From the NCBI GenBank assembly GCA_047495785.1, contig JBLDXI010000031.1, positions 372,001-436,000 of the forward strand: 64,000 nt of DNA, in the 5' to 3' direction. The notes beneath the pieces are model-generated. The model did no database searches, had not been told where the DNA came from, and saw only the letters and a program-made list of their open reading frames with translations. This document shows, piece after piece, positions 1 through 13,320 of this stretch. The DNA is from Lepidodermella squamata. Taxonomy: Eukaryota > Animalia > Gastrotricha. Each line of letters begins with the position of its first letter. Positions within the stretch are counted from its first letter, which is position 1. The position numbers were made by a program, and so were the translations under genes.

Positions 1-1867
1 TCGTCCCCAGATTTTTGTCCCCAGTTTTTTGTCCCCATATTGTTGTCCCCAGAGTGTTCGGTCCTCATTCCCGAGGTGTTCGTCCGCAGAATGTTGAATT
101 AGCAGTTTTCTGTCACCAAAGTCTCGTCCCCAGTTTGGTGTCCCCAGATTGTTCGCTCCACATTCCCCAGGTGTTCGTCCGCAGAATGTTGTATGAGCAG
201 TTTTCTGTCACCAAAGTCTCGTCCCCAGATTCTCGTCCCCAGATTTTTGTCCGCGGTTTGTTGACCCCAGATTGTTCGGTGTTAAATCCCCAGGTGAAAT
301 TTGAAAGCTGTTTGGGCTGTTTTAATGGCCACCTCGGCCTAGCTGTGATCGAATCTCCACGATGACGGTTGATAGATCGTTATTCGCTCATGCCGTTATT
401 TCTGGGTCTACTGATTTCCGACTGGGAACCGAGAAAACCGGTGACAAATATCTGGGGACAACACAATGGGGACCGAGCATTCTGGGGACAAACTGTGGAA
501 TTAGTGACCCACCAAACAGGTGACATAATCTGGGGACAACACAGTGGAGACCGAGAAAACGGGTGACAAAAATCTGGGGACAACACATTGGGGCCCGAGC
601 ATTCTGGGGACAAAACTCTGGGGACAACGCATTGGGGCCCGAGCATTCTTGGGACAAACGGTGGAATCAGTGACCCATCAAACATGTGACAATTATCTGG
701 GGACAACACAGTGGGGACCGAGCATTCTGGGGACAAACTGTGGAATTAGTGACCCACCAAACAGGTGACATAATCTGGGGACAACACATTGGGGCCCGAG
801 CATTCTGGGGACAAAACTCTGGGGACAACACATTGGGGACCGAGCATTCTTGGGACAAACGGTGGAATCAGTGACCCATCAAACATGTGACAATTATCTG
901 AGGACAACACAGTGGGGACCGAGAAAACGGGTGACAAAAATCTGGGGACAACACAATGGGGACCGAGCATTCTGGGAACAAGTTTTCTGTCACCAAAGTC
1001 TCGTCCCCAGATTTTTGTCCCCAGTTTTTTGTCCCCATATTGTTGTCCACAGAGTGTTCGGTCCTCATTCCCGAGGTGTTCGTCCGCAGAATGTTGAATT
1101 AGCAGTTTTCTGTCACCAAAGTCTCGTCCCCAGATTTTTGTCCCCAGTTTTTTGTCCCCATATTGTTGTCCCCAGAGTGTTCGGTCCTCATTCCCGAGGT
1201 GTTCGTCCGCAGAATGTTGAATTAGCAGTTTTCTGTCACCAAAGTCTCGTCCCCAGATTCTCGTCCCCAGATTTTTGTCCGCGGTTTGTTGACCCCAGAT
1301 TGTTCGGTGTTAAATCCCCAGGTGAAATTTGAAAGCTGTTTGGGCTGTTTTAATGGCCACCTCGGCCTAGCTGTGATCGAATCTCCACGATGACGGTTGA
1401 TAGATCGTTATTCGCTCATGCCGTTATTTCTGGGTCTACTGATTTCCGACTGGGAACCGAGAAAACCGGTGACAAATATCTGGGGACAACACAATGGGGA
1501 CCGAGCATTCTGGGGACAAACTGTGGAATTAGTGACCCGCCAAACAGGTGACAATTATCTGGGGACAACACAGTGGGGACCGAGAAAACCGGTGACAAAT
1601 ATCTGGGAACAACACAATGGGGCCCGAGCATTCTGGGGACAAACTGTGGAATTAGTGACCCACCAAACAGGTGACATAATCTGGGGACAACACAGTGGAG
1701 ACCGAGAAAACGGGTTACAAAAATCTGGGAACAACACAATGGGGCCCGAGCATTCTGGGGACAAAAATCTGGGGACAACACATTGGGGACCGAGCATTCT
1801 TGGGACAAACGGTGGAATCAGTGACCCATCAAACAGGTGACAATTATCTGGGACAACACAATGGGGA
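1..1867. repeat. Modular GGGGAC(AA) tandem array, ~1.03-kb higher-order unit
   Basis: Dozens of CTGGGGACAA/TTGTCCCCAG motifs in two sub-arrays pointing away from a ~150-bp core (ggccacctcggcctagctgtgatcg...ccgactggg); the core ends at 426 and 1454 (offset 1028). The ORFs here are translations of the repeat. Confidence 0.9.
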
Positions 1868-2147
1868 CCCAGTCGGAAAAAAGTAGACCTAGCTAGACCT
1901 ACTCGACCTAATTTAGATAGGCCCCTATAGATCGTAGCGTGATCAAATTTTGCAACTGGGGTAGATCTAGCCACGGTCACTATAGGGAGCAAGTAGATCT
2001 AGCTGTGTAGATCGACGATAGGTCTACACACGTGTAAATAGATCGAGAGTAGATCTAGCAAATAATTGAATCGTAACAAAAATGGCTGAATGAATCATGG
2101 CTTGGGTCCACCTACGGTCTAAGCATGACCTTGTCAGGTACAAATCT
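1868..2147. repeat. TAGATC-rich segment beginning CCCAGTCGGAAA; inverted copy at 8268-8547
   Basis: 280-bp reverse-complement match to 8268-8547; the ORF track gives the same peptide start for 1555..1992(-) and 8423..8884(+). Confidence 0.9.
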
Positions 2148-2164
2148 ATTTCACCCGAAATCTA

Positions 2165-2563
2165 TTCTCGGTCTCCACTGTGTTGTCCCCAGATTATGTC
2201 ACCTGTTTGGTGGGTCACTAATTCCACAGTTTGTCCCCAGAATGCTCGGGCCCCACTGTGTTGTCCCCAGATTTTTGTCACCGGTTTTCTCGGTCCCCAC
2301 TGTGTTGTCCCCAGATAATTGTCACCTGTTTGGCGGGTCACTAATTCCACAGTTTGTCCCCAGAATGCTCGGTCCCCATTGTGTTGTCCCCAGATATTTG
2401 TCACCGGTTTTCTCGGGCCCCACTGTGTTTACCCCAGATTTTTGTAACCCGTTTTCTCGGTCTTCACTGTGTTGTCCCCAGATTATGTCACCTGTTTGGT
2501 AGGTCACTAATTCCACAGTTTGTCCCGAGAATGCTCGGTCCCCATTGTGTTGTCCCCAGATAT
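2165..2563. repeat. GGGGAC modular array (reverse orientation)
   Basis: Same units as 1-1867, inverted; the unit resumes at 5810 after an insertion. Confidence 0.9.
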
Positions 2564-3549
2564 CGTTCGTGTTGCGACGTAAGGGACCGCCTGTACTAGT
2601 GCATATTTCTATATATCATTATACCGCTATCATTAACTGGGGAGCGGTTGCATCCCAAATTACTATGTTTGGTTCAAGGGCTATAAAATTGCCATTAGCT
2701 GCGATTGCTATCGTGCGTTCTTGGACTCTTGGAGAGAAAAGAGAAATTCAGCTTTTTCGCCTATCATTCCTATAATTCTTCAATTTTTTCACGCTTTCTT
2801 CTCTGGAATTCTTCGATTGCAGATTTAACAGGTAGCAAAAACGAGCTGCCGTGACCAATGAAAAACTATTATTATCCGTGTTTCGGTGCCGTAAATCTTT
2901 ATTTTCAATGCAGCGAAATAATTGAAAATGAACAAAGGAAATGAAACTAAGAGAACAATTCATCACACTTTGTTTAACAGAAATGGCGATAACAGGTTGA
3001 ATATATCGAAAGAGCCAGCACTCTGCAATAGTATAGTAGCGACCTTACGCCGTAATTTTCCATTTCCGATTCCCAATCCATATCCAATATCCAATCTTTA
3101 TCCAATCAGCTATAACTCAAGTGCCGAATTCGAGTAAAAGTTGAAGTATAATAATCCTAATCAACAATGCAGAATATAAAATTTAACACAGCAGCTAATA
3201 GGATGTACTTTACTACTTTAATAGCTGCGAGAGATATTGCAATAAGATTTTAATGAATTATTATTACGTATTTAGAAACGAGCCATTCTAAATTAAAAGT
3301 TCCTCTGATTTCTACGAAAAAGTATAGAATGATATTCATGCACATGTAATATTATTGGAAGTAGATCTCGCCCCAGGAAGATTTGGCGGATAAATCTTTG
3401 AATTAGGAAACAAGAGGTCTTCAAAGTTTTCTGAAAATGTATCACTTAAAACCGAAATGAACTAACAATTTTCGTTGACGGCGAAACTCCATTGGTTAAC
3501 TAATTAACTAAGTAACGATAACTAAATTGATAAGCCCCAGAAATGGCTT

Positions 3550-3710
3550 AGCGTCGTTGAATAACTCTGATTTGTGCATGTTTACGTCAGTGACAAGTAA
3601 AAGGTGATAGCAGAGTTTTTATGTGAACGAAGACGGAAGCAAACTTGTCACCCGTCAACTGTCTGTAACTGACGTGAACAAGCCCTAATCCGAGTTGTAT
3701 TCAACGACGC
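3550..3710. mobile_element. Small MITE/hairpin
   Basis: Imperfect inverted repeat gcgtcgttgaata...tattcaacgacgc flanked by TA; boundaries approximate. Confidence 0.55.
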
Positions 3711-4004
3711 TAACGACTACGGTACGACTACGGCGCAGTGATGGCGGTTCATTCTGCTTTGACTGCTATGGTTTAGCTTTTTTCTTCCATTTAAAATGTC
3801 TATATCTATTGGATACCAATTAAGTGTTAAATTTCAATACCGAGAGCAGATCAGATTTGTCTCCAAAAAGCTGCGCTTTGATTTAGGATCTAGCCTTGAC
3901 AAGCAGAACAAACCGCTCCATTGCTCCAGAAATCTACCCGTAAACCGTTCTCATCATAAAGTACGCGCCACTTATTTGCCTTCAATTACTCTGAAACTCT
4001 GAAA

Positions 4005-4497
4005 CAGTGTGGTCCACGGCCGGAAAATGGCGAGTCACCAACCGGAGTCAAAATTGGGCCAAAGAGTTAAAACCATTAAAACGCCGATAAACCAGTAAAT
4101 GTTACGTCTAAATATCACTCCAATTCCCGTTCTAGCTCGAAAATTTCTCTCTCTATATTCACCTGTCGCTGCAACTTTTCAGGGGGTTCGACTGGTTTTT
4201 AACAAAATTCGTCATTTTTGCGCCTTTGTAACTTGTAGAAAAATAGCTCCCTGCGAGCGAAGCGAGCTTCAGCTGAGGATATTTCTTCGACTTTTTGGAC
4301 TTTTTTGATGAGTGTGGAGTCAAAGCATCTCATTTTGGAGTCAAACTCAGAGCCGGAGTCAAGTTTAGCTAGGTTATTTGTGACTCTTTCCGGAGTCAAG
4401 CTCGGCTCAGTAATTAAAATAATCGGAGTCACACATGAGTAAAAAAAAATCCCAAAAGAGTCAAAATGGCTTGGGAGTCACACTTTGGACCACACTG
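4005..4497. mobile_element. hAT-type MITE
   Basis: TIR CAGTGTGGTCCA; 8-bp TSD ctctgaaa/ccctgaaa (1 mismatch); subterminal GGAGTCA repeats. Confidence 0.8.
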
Positions 4498-5809
4498 CCC
4501 TGAAAGTTATTCTGCATTCTCGCCATTAGATTGAAGTGCCGTAAGCATTCCTGATTGACCTTATTATAGTTAAGATTCCAGCTAAAATGATCAAGTGGAT
4601 GTGCATTGTAAATTATACTTCTGCGCATGATTGCTTTCTTTGATAACTACTGTTAGCCCGTGGCATTTTGCTCTTTGGCCGTCGGTTCAACACCATCAGA
4701 CTAAATGTGACGTACTATTTCATTAAGAAGTCCGCGCAAAAATCGTGAATCCCAAACTCAAATGGTGGGTCACGTTTTGTCGTATCATGCCAAGCGAGTT
4801 GCATGTCGAACATTTCTCGAATACAGCGGTTTCGTTGCTAATTGCTAATCATCAATCATCGCTAAATCGCTAACCAGATCACATTACCAAGGCAATCCGC
4901 TATCTTTCTTAGGATACAGAGATACAAGTCCTACTAGCAATTCTCGAATGAACTTCGTAAACTTTGGGTGATTCTACTATTGACCTCATGTGGCTGCGAG
5001 CTGCGAATCTGCTTCAGCGATTCCGCGAGCTTCGCGCAAGGTTGTAGTTCAGTTTGTCGCAACAGCTCAACTGCTCATATTTGATAAAATATGAAATGCG
5101 ATTAGAAAAATACGTGATCGCTTATTCATGCAATAAAATTTAAAAATATATCGAAATGCCTGTGAGCTGCGAGATAATGGAGAAGGATAACCACAAAAAA
5201 GTTTATAACTAATCGCGTAATAAGTGCTCTCTTGGCATTTTCATGATAGTTGAAAAATTGGCTCATAGTCCATACTTCCGTAATATGCATTTTTCGTGAT
5301 GATAACTGCATGGGTCGCATAAAATTAGGCTCCGGGAATGGGAAACTAAAAAGTAAGCCCATTCGAACGCAGACTCTGGTCATGTTTGAACAGTAAGTGG
5401 TGGATAGTCATGGTTCAACGTCACTATACAGAGAGAGTGCGAGAGAGAGACAGAGACTTTACCCTATGAGTTATGGATATTGATAGAATTGAATAATAAA
5501 AATTATATTATATATTATAATTATAAAATTGATAGAATTATCCTAGACTACGCTCGAAGGGAACGAAGGTGAAATCAAGAAGAGGAGGATAAATTTGGTT
5601 GATCTTAAGAATTTAGCCATGATAACGGAGAAATTGTAGTACGCATTCTGCATTCTGGTAGCGTTGCAACCGTTCGGTATCGGATGCGCCGCAATTAGGA
5701 TGCTATTACCCGCAAATAAAAAGTAGCTTATATTACCAGTACCAAGTATTTTATTACAAACAGCATGGAAGTACTGCCTAACGCGGTCTCTTACGTCGCA
5801 ACACGAACG

Positions 5810-6964
5810 ATATTTGTCACCGGTTTTCTCGGTTCCCAGTCGGAAATCAGTAGACCCAGAAATAACGGCATGAGCGAATAACGATCTATCAACCGTCATC
5901 GTGGAGATTCGATCACAGCTAGGCCGAGGTGGCCATTAAAACAGCCCAAACAGCTTTCAAATTTCACCTGGCGATTTAGGACCGAACAATCTGGGGTCAA
6001 CAAACCGGAGACAAAAATCTGGGGACGAGAATCTGGGGACGAGACTTTGGTGACAGAAAACTGCTGATACAACATTCTGCGGACGAACACCTAGGCCGAG
6101 GTGGCCATTAAAACAGCCCAAACAGCTTTCAAATTTCACCTGGCGATTTAGGACCGAACAATCTGGGGTCAACAAACCGGAGACAAAAATCTGGGGACGA
6201 GAATCTGGGGACGAGACTTTGGTGACAGAAAACTGCTGATACAACATTCTGCGGACGAACACCTGGGGAATGTGGAGCGAACAATAAGGGGACACCAAAC
6301 TGGGGACGAGAATCTGGGGACGAGACTTTGGTGACAGAAAACTGCTAATTCAACATTCTGGGGACGAACACCTCGGGAATGAGGACCGAACACTCTGGGG
6401 ACAACAATCTGGGGACAAAAAACTGGGGACAAAAATCTGGGGACGAGACTTTGGTGACAGAAAACTTGTTCCCAGAATGCTCGGTCCCCATTGTGTTGTC
6501 CCCAGATTTTTGTCACCCTTTTTCTCGGTCACCACTGTGTTGTCCCCAGATTTTTGTCACCCGTTTTCTCCGTCCCCACTGTGTTGTCCCCAGATAATTG
6601 TCACATGTTTGATGGGTCACTGATTCCACCGTTTGTCCCAAGAATGCTCGGGCCCCAATGTGTTGTCCCCAGATTTTTGTCACCCTTTTTCTCGGTCCCC
6701 ACTGTGTTGTCCCCAGATAATTGTCACGTTTGATGGGTCACTGATTCCACCGTTTGTCCCAAGAATGCTCGGTCCCCAATGTGTTGTCCCCAGAGTTTTG
6801 TCCCCAGAATGCTCGGTCCCCATTGTGTTGTCCCCAGTTTTCTTTTGTCACCCGTTTTCTCGGTTCCCAGTCGGAAATCAGTAGACCCAGAAATAACGGC
6901 ATGAGCGAATAACGATCTATCAACCGTCATCGTGGAGATTCGATCACAGCTAGGCCGAGGTGGC
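5810..6964. repeat. GGGGAC modular array, inverted relative to 1-1867
   Basis: Core copies start at 5835 and 6866 (offset 1031); local ~170-bp tandem duplication around 5919-6262. Confidence 0.9.
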
Positions 6965-7530
6965 TTAATTACTTGTTAATTAATTTCTAGATCTATAGCT
7001 CTTCTCAATTGATTTTTAGTTATTAAATACACGTCAGCTAGAAATAATTTGTGAAATCACTCAAGGCTCAATTTCGAATTCAGGCAGATCCGGGGTCACG
7101 TCCTACTTTTTTCTTGTATTTAATAATGAGGTGGAGTTTTTAATCCACCTTAATATATTGAAGCTATTTATTTTTATTTTCATGTTTGAACCCGCATCAA
7201 AGGCTGACTGATCCCCAGCGGAACCCGAAGTCGATCAGCTAGCGATTGAAGCCGGTGAAATTAAATCGCGACGAAACCTCGAAAATTTGAGCCAGTACAG
7301 TCGGTAATAATTTAACTAGCAAACCTTTCACTCCCGGCTTAATATTTCTTTATCTGAAAATGTCTATTAAATTAGGGTGAAATTATAACACACTATTTTC
7401 AGATGTTTGCTAAGCTTTCAATTTTCCAGAAAATTAATTGTTAATCTAAAATTTTTAGATGCAAAATTGAAGACGGCAATTTCGAACTTCAAAATGGCAA
7501 AAAATTATCAAGCGATTGCGGCTAATAAAT

Positions 7531-7706
7531 CAGTGTTTTTTTTAAGCAGTTTAACAGTTTAAATTTTAAACACCAAACGAGAAATTTTTAAACACCAAAA
7601 AGGGCGAAATTTGGCCGAAATAGCAAGAAAATCGGTCTTCACCCCCCAAAATTACACTCCAAAACCGCAAATTTAAACACCGAATCAATCCTTAAAAAAC
7701 ACGCTG
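7531..7706. mobile_element. Short MITE
   Basis: Imperfect TIR cagtgttttttttaag / cttaaaaaacacgctg; AATAAAT on both flanks. Confidence 0.55.
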
Positions 7707-8267
7707 AATAAATCGAGCAATTTTACGCATGGCTGAAATTCGATCAACGGTAAGAAAATGTTCAACTCTTATTCTCTCAAGTTTGAAATTGGCAATTGCT
7801 TTCAGACCTGAAAATTCAACTACTGATGCCCGAAATTTCAATTTTTCCTGCGTCGACAAATCGATTCTCGTCAACCCGAACGGTAACAACTTGAACCATG
7901 ATCAATTATTGGCGGCCTTTTAATTCAGCTATTGAAATTATATTAAATTATTTCTATCTCTTGCTTGAAAAATTGAATAAAATTCTAATTATTTTGCAGG
8001 CATGAAACGTGGCATGAAAAGTGGGCAATTCGCAAGCTGTAAGTCATGCAAGACAAGTCCCTGAAACTTCAATCCAATTTAAATATGAGAGGCGGTATGT
8101 ACTGATAGTGATAAAATTGATTGATTTTTGCTGCCAAATTTGATTGATTGATTATTGCGATATGATAATTAAATGAATAATAAATCAGGTACTTGAAATT
8201 CTCGCATTATTGGACCAACGGTATATCAGAAAGCACCTATATTGAGGAATACCTGGATGCCGGGGCC

Positions 8268-9075
8268 AGATTTGTACCTGACAAGGTCATGCTTAGACCG
8301 TAGGTGGACCCAAGCCATGATTCATTCAGCCATTTTTGTTACGATTCAATTATTTGCTAGATCTACTCTCGATCTATTTACACGTGTGTAGACCTATCGT
8401 CGATCTACACAGCTAGATCTACTTGCTCCCTATAGTGACCGTGGCTAGATCTACCCCAGTTGCAAAATTTGATCACGCTACGATCTATAGGGGCCTATCT
8501 AAATTAGGTCGAGTAGGTCTAGCTAGGTCTACTTTTTTCCGACTGGGTCCCCATTGTGTTGTCCCAGATAATTGTCACCTGTTTGATGGGTCACTGATTC
8601 CACCGTTTGTCCCAAGAATGCTCGGTCCCCAATGTGTTGTCCCCAGATTTTTGTCCCCAGAATGCTCGGGCCCCATTGTGTTGTTCCCAGATTTTTGTAA
8701 CCCGTTTTCTCGGTCTCCACTGTGTTGTCCCCAGATTATGTCACCTGTTTGGTGGGTCACTAATTCCACAGTTTGTCCCCAGAATGCTCGGGCCCCATTG
8801 TGTTGTTCCCAGATATTTGTCACCGGTTTTCTCGGTTCCCAGTCGGAAATCAGTAGACCCAGAAATAACGGCATGAGCGAATAACGATCTATCAACCGTC
8901 ATCGTGGAGATTCGATCACAGCTAGGCCGAGGTGGCCATTAAAACAGCCCAAACAGCTTTCAAATTTCACCTGGGGATTTAGGACCGAACAATCTGGGGT
9001 CAACAAACCGGGGACAAAAATCTGGGGACGAGACTTTGGTGACAGAAAACTGCTGATACAACATTCTGCGGACGA
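8268..9075. repeat. Inverted copy of ~1205-2147 (TAGATC segment + GGGGAC array + core)
   Basis: Reverse-complement match seen directly, with some array units missing. Confidence 0.88.
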
Positions 9076-9618
9076 TTCACGCTTTTTGGTAACTGAGGAA
9101 AGTAGAATAAATAAAGCTTTGATATTTCGAGAAGAACCCGGACTTGTCGAGTTAATCATTTAGGTATTTATTGGTTAACGGAAGCCCCTTTACATTGGTG
9201 GCAGTCGGTATTCTCGGAAATAAGTAAGTATTTGGTTCTTGTGCTCACACGAAGGCATGACCGCAGACATCACAGTAGCCAGATACATTTCACACACCGA
9301 GATTATCTTGGACGAACAGGGCTGGAAAAAGTGTTTTTCTTCCCACCAACGAACATAAAAATTCCCAAAATTTCCCAATTTTGGCGGGAATTTCATATCA
9401 GGAATTTCAGTGTTTATTTTACGTGCCGCGTAGTGATTTGTCAAGCAGGTGTCATTTTCAGCACAAAGTAAACAAATAATTGCTGTATTTCATCTCCAAA
9501 GTCATTAAGTTTAAAATATGTTTAGAACTTCTCAAATGGCCTTTTTGCATATAACTTTTCCCAAAATTTGCCAGAGAATTTTGCGACAGCTGATTTTTTT
9601 TTAAAGTCATTAATCGCA

Positions 9619-11293
9619 ATGAGTGTCCCATTTTCACATCAAAAGATCCCGTGTCCATATTGCAAAGCAGTAACGCGGCGCGATAAGTTGCACCGCCATA
9701 AATCTGCGATGCACCCGGCTGAACTGTTGAAGGAACAGCCGAAACTTCAATTCCATTCATCGCCAAATCCATCTAAATCGAAGATTTTAGGTACGGAGTC
9801 TGTTCAAGAACAGCTTCCTGTGATTCCTGAAAACAGCGAAGGTCCGAGTTCAGCATTACTCGCTAGGTCTATCTCGGTGTCCAGTTTTGGCGCTTCTGTG
9901 ATAGAGAGTGATGACAACGACGACTTATTTCAAGACGAACTGCTGTCAGTCACGTCTGCTCGACCTAGCTCAGTTTCCAGTCTTGGTGCTACCAGTCGCC
10001 GCTCGTCAGTGGATGACCTTCACGATAAAGTTGACGCTATTTTGCGTAAAATGGACGATATTTCGGCCGATTCTCGAGCTAAATGTGCGGTTGATGCACC
10101 GAAAAGCCAAAAGGTCTCAACTGTTAACGAGAAGGCTCCTGACCCTGAATCGAAACTGACCTGTTTAAAATCTGCGAAAAGCATTAATCGAATTAAATAC
10201 CTTGCACCGAATTTCGAAGTCGCTGAGGAACATGGTAAAGTTCGTATGCGCTGTAAAAGCTGCACTGAAAATTGACAGCTCCAGGGACGGATTGGTCGTT
10301 TTTATTACGATTTTGCGTTGGGGGATGACTTCAACAGTGAATCTCAACCAGACGAATTTCGTAACCTGAAGACCTCTCTGGCCGATCATCTTGAATGCGA
10401 AAGACATCTTGCTTCGGAAAGGATGATCGATCAGGCTGCTGACGGTATTGAGCGAAATAACTCCTCAGTGCGAAGAATAGGTACCTTTGAAATCCACTGG
10501 AATTTTTATTTGAAACTTTGTCTGTTGTAGCTTTACTTCTTGGAAGAATTGTGCTAAACAACGCCCGGGAAGCTATTTCGTATAGCAAGTTCGAAAGGCA
10601 AGTTGCTGCCTTAGCCATTTCTAATGTCGAAGTCGGAGAGTTGAATCACGGGCGGAAATTCGCATCCAACTTCACACGCAGCCTGCACATTACATTGAAA
10701 TTGAAAACTCAGTCGCTTTTGCACGAGCCGCTTGCTGCTACCGGTCGTCCTACTGCAGTGGCTGTTTTAGCTGACAAAATGACCGCAAAAAGAAGGACAG
10801 GGCAAATTGTTGCGATAGCGGCGTTTATCCAGGGACGTCTTCAAGCTTTATTCGTTGCAAACACCGTGGTTAAGGACCATTCTGGTAACAACTGTTTTAT
10901 TTGCCGGCTTCAAAGTCTCATAATGGTTATTTTCAGGTTTGGGTTTGGTGCGTAGCATGATCGAAACGCTGTACTCCGAATTGAACTTCAATAAACCGGC
11001 GTTGCGGGAACGGCTAACTGGCCTTGCCGTTGACGGTCAGTACGTTAAGCTGAATGCTCTTGAACACTTCCTTGAAGAGTTACAGCAAGCTGGGGTCACT
11101 GTAACGTGGGATTATGCCCATCGCATCGAATTGGTCGTTGCTGATGCGAGAAATCTACATCAATGGGTGCACAGTGTTACGGAGCTGATCACCGATGTGC
11201 TGAAAAAGGTTGGGCGTGGCAAGAAGTTTGAAGAAGTTCTGGAGATCGCTGGCGATGCTAACGAGAAACTCGCCAGCGTTAGCCTTTTCTCAA
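9619..11293 (+). pseudogene. Degenerate hAT-like (ZNF862-type) transposase, 3'-truncated
   Basis: N-terminal C2H2 finger CPYC...HKSAMH; second finger CKSC...HLECERH; motifs GELNHGRKF, ADKMT, DGQY, WDYAHRIEL; introns ~10481-10530 and ~10885-10936; in-frame TGA at 10273-10275; no C-terminal half before the duplicated block at 11419. Confidence 0.7.
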
Positions 11294-11418
11294 GTAAGTA
11301 CTTTGAAAATCGAAAATCAATCAATCTCGATAATCGATTATCAATTATCGATTAAGGCGTAAATATTAGGCGCCTTGGTTTCTTTTCGTTATGTAGTTCT
11401 AGTTTGCAGTTGGGCAAG

Positions 11419-13320
11419 CGAAGCGGTTTTCTAAACGTGAGATTTTCAGGCATTCCGGCGGAAGCATAGTAGCGTATTGAGCCGAAGCGATGTGCAGCCT
11501 ATGCCCCCTCATTCAGTATTCGATGCATTCAAGGCGAATCCACTTTTCACAGATTTTTTAGTTCAAGACAGCGGGTTTCGCATTGGAATTAAAGCTTGAG
11601 CGAGTTAATTGCTGTGAACTCGAAATCTCCAAGTCCGACGAATCTTGACAGTTGGATACAATGTTCCAAGAATTTTTTCAACTATATTGAATTGAAAATT
11701 GAAACATACCTATGTCGGTCGACTCATTGTTTATTAAAATTTTAATAAACGTCTGAGCTTGTTTACTAAAATTTCAGATCTGAAGCTGGACCACAGTTCG
11801 TACCGCACAAAATGCTCTGCATTCTCTTAATTTGTATCGGAAAATCTAAAATAGGTGCTTGTCGGTGCACGTCAGCTACTCTCAATTAGCTTCCCAGATA
11901 ACTTTTTTCGTATAATTTTGTTTTGAAGTATCAAGGCATGGTACGCAGACGATGGTCCCCGCAATCGATTTGCCCCCTGCTAATCATCACGTTTTTGACA
12001 TTCAGTCGACAAAATTCAAAGCGAAATGAGTTCATATTGGACTGCAGTTTTCGAGTTTAGTACAAACTGTCAGTATTACTGAATTGCACGAATCACGCTG
12101 GAACTCGTTGTTATTATCAAATTTGTTGCAGAATTTTAACCTTTCACAAGCTGAACAATGAGAGTCAACTATTAGGTGTTCTTGCAAGCTGGTTTTAGTT
12201 TTGCCATGGCGAAGATTCCATTTCGAAGCCCGATGCCAAAAATTATCACTTCATCGGCATATGCGAACGAAACGCTTAGAAACACGACAAATAATCGAAA
12301 AATTATCAAGCTGATGTCGACCATCAACTACGCAAGTCCGCTATTCGCCCTTGGTGCAATGTGCACCGAATCGATGCGAATGGCTCTTGACAACATGCGG
12401 CAACTCCCGAACTTTCTCGAAGATTATGAAATCGTCATTGAACCCTACGAAGATTACGTAAGGTGGTAACAAGAAATTTTTATCGAATTTAGTTACCTTC
12501 CGTGTTTTCAGTGTGCGCGACAATTCACAGTTTCGGCATACGTCTCATTTCTTCAAAGGGCTATTCTACCAGGCAGTATCGCTTTCCCCCTGACTTTAGC
12601 CTCCTTTTGTCCAGGAAACAGTCACACTGGTATGATATCGGTACATCACAACGTTCTCCAAGTAAGAAATCACTTTTCATGAATTTCCATTTATGACTGA
12701 GACGTTTCTATTAGCTTACCGAAGTCAGCGCGGCTCCGGAAACCTACAACAACAGGCAGTTGTATCGAAACCTCATGATGCCATCTCCAAGTGCTGCCAT
12801 AGAATCAGTGGCCTGGTTCTGTTTGAAAATGGGCTGGACACGGCTTTTTATGTTTTCGGAGAACGTGGACTACGCTATCGAACACGAATCCAGGATCATC
12901 GCTGAATTCGACCGGTTCAATGTTACCTACTCGTTTCAATCAGTCAAAATACCTTTCCAAGAGGGTTTACCGCCCGATTTCGAGGCCCTAGAGAGAGGAA
13001 TTGGGGAACTAGCGGCTTTGAAGCCTAGGATCATGTTGTTTGAAATGACAATCTTCTCTCGAGTCGCATGCTGGCTGCATCGATATGGCATCTATGGCCC
13101 TAACTACGTCATCTTGATCACAACCGGAGGGTTATTTGAAGATAATGATTTTCTGAGGTTCATGCCTTGGTGTACCCCGCAAATGTTACGTGACGTTCTC
13201 CGAACCATCATTAGTTTCAGCTACTCGAATGTAATGAATAGTATGTCTGATGGCGGATTGTCTTACAAAGACTACACTGGCACGTCAGGCAAGGAATTCG
13301 AAGAAAATCTTAAACTAATT
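11419..13320 (+). repeat. Segmental duplicate of 62096-64000 (homology probably continues past the window edge)
   Basis: High identity with scattered substitutions from cgaagcggttttctaaacgtgag onward; ~11685-11775 is not homologous; includes an orphan copy (11450-11599) of the last exon of the GPCR at 59353-62276. Confidence 0.92.

Larger units (their letters stand above)
2564..5809. mobile_element. Non-autonomous TIR DNA transposon, 4-bp ATAT TSD (Sola1-like)
   Basis: 27-bp TIR CGTTCGTGTTGCGACGTAAG(G/A)GACCGC; ATAT at 2560-2563 and 5810-5813 splits the array unit ccccagATATttgtcaccgg; no long ORF inside. Superfamily inferred only from the AWWT-type TSD. Confidence 0.8.

Noticed and set aside
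6085-6105. Helitron 3' end (GGCC hairpin + CTAG) at an array junction
   Set aside because: The stem is only 4 bp and the junction is equally explained by microhomology; no Rep/helicase nearby.
1-9075. CRISPR array, or coding ORFs in the GGGGAC repeats
   Set aside because: The intervening sequences are themselves repeated, there are no cas genes and the context is eukaryotic; the overlapping ORFs are repeat translations.
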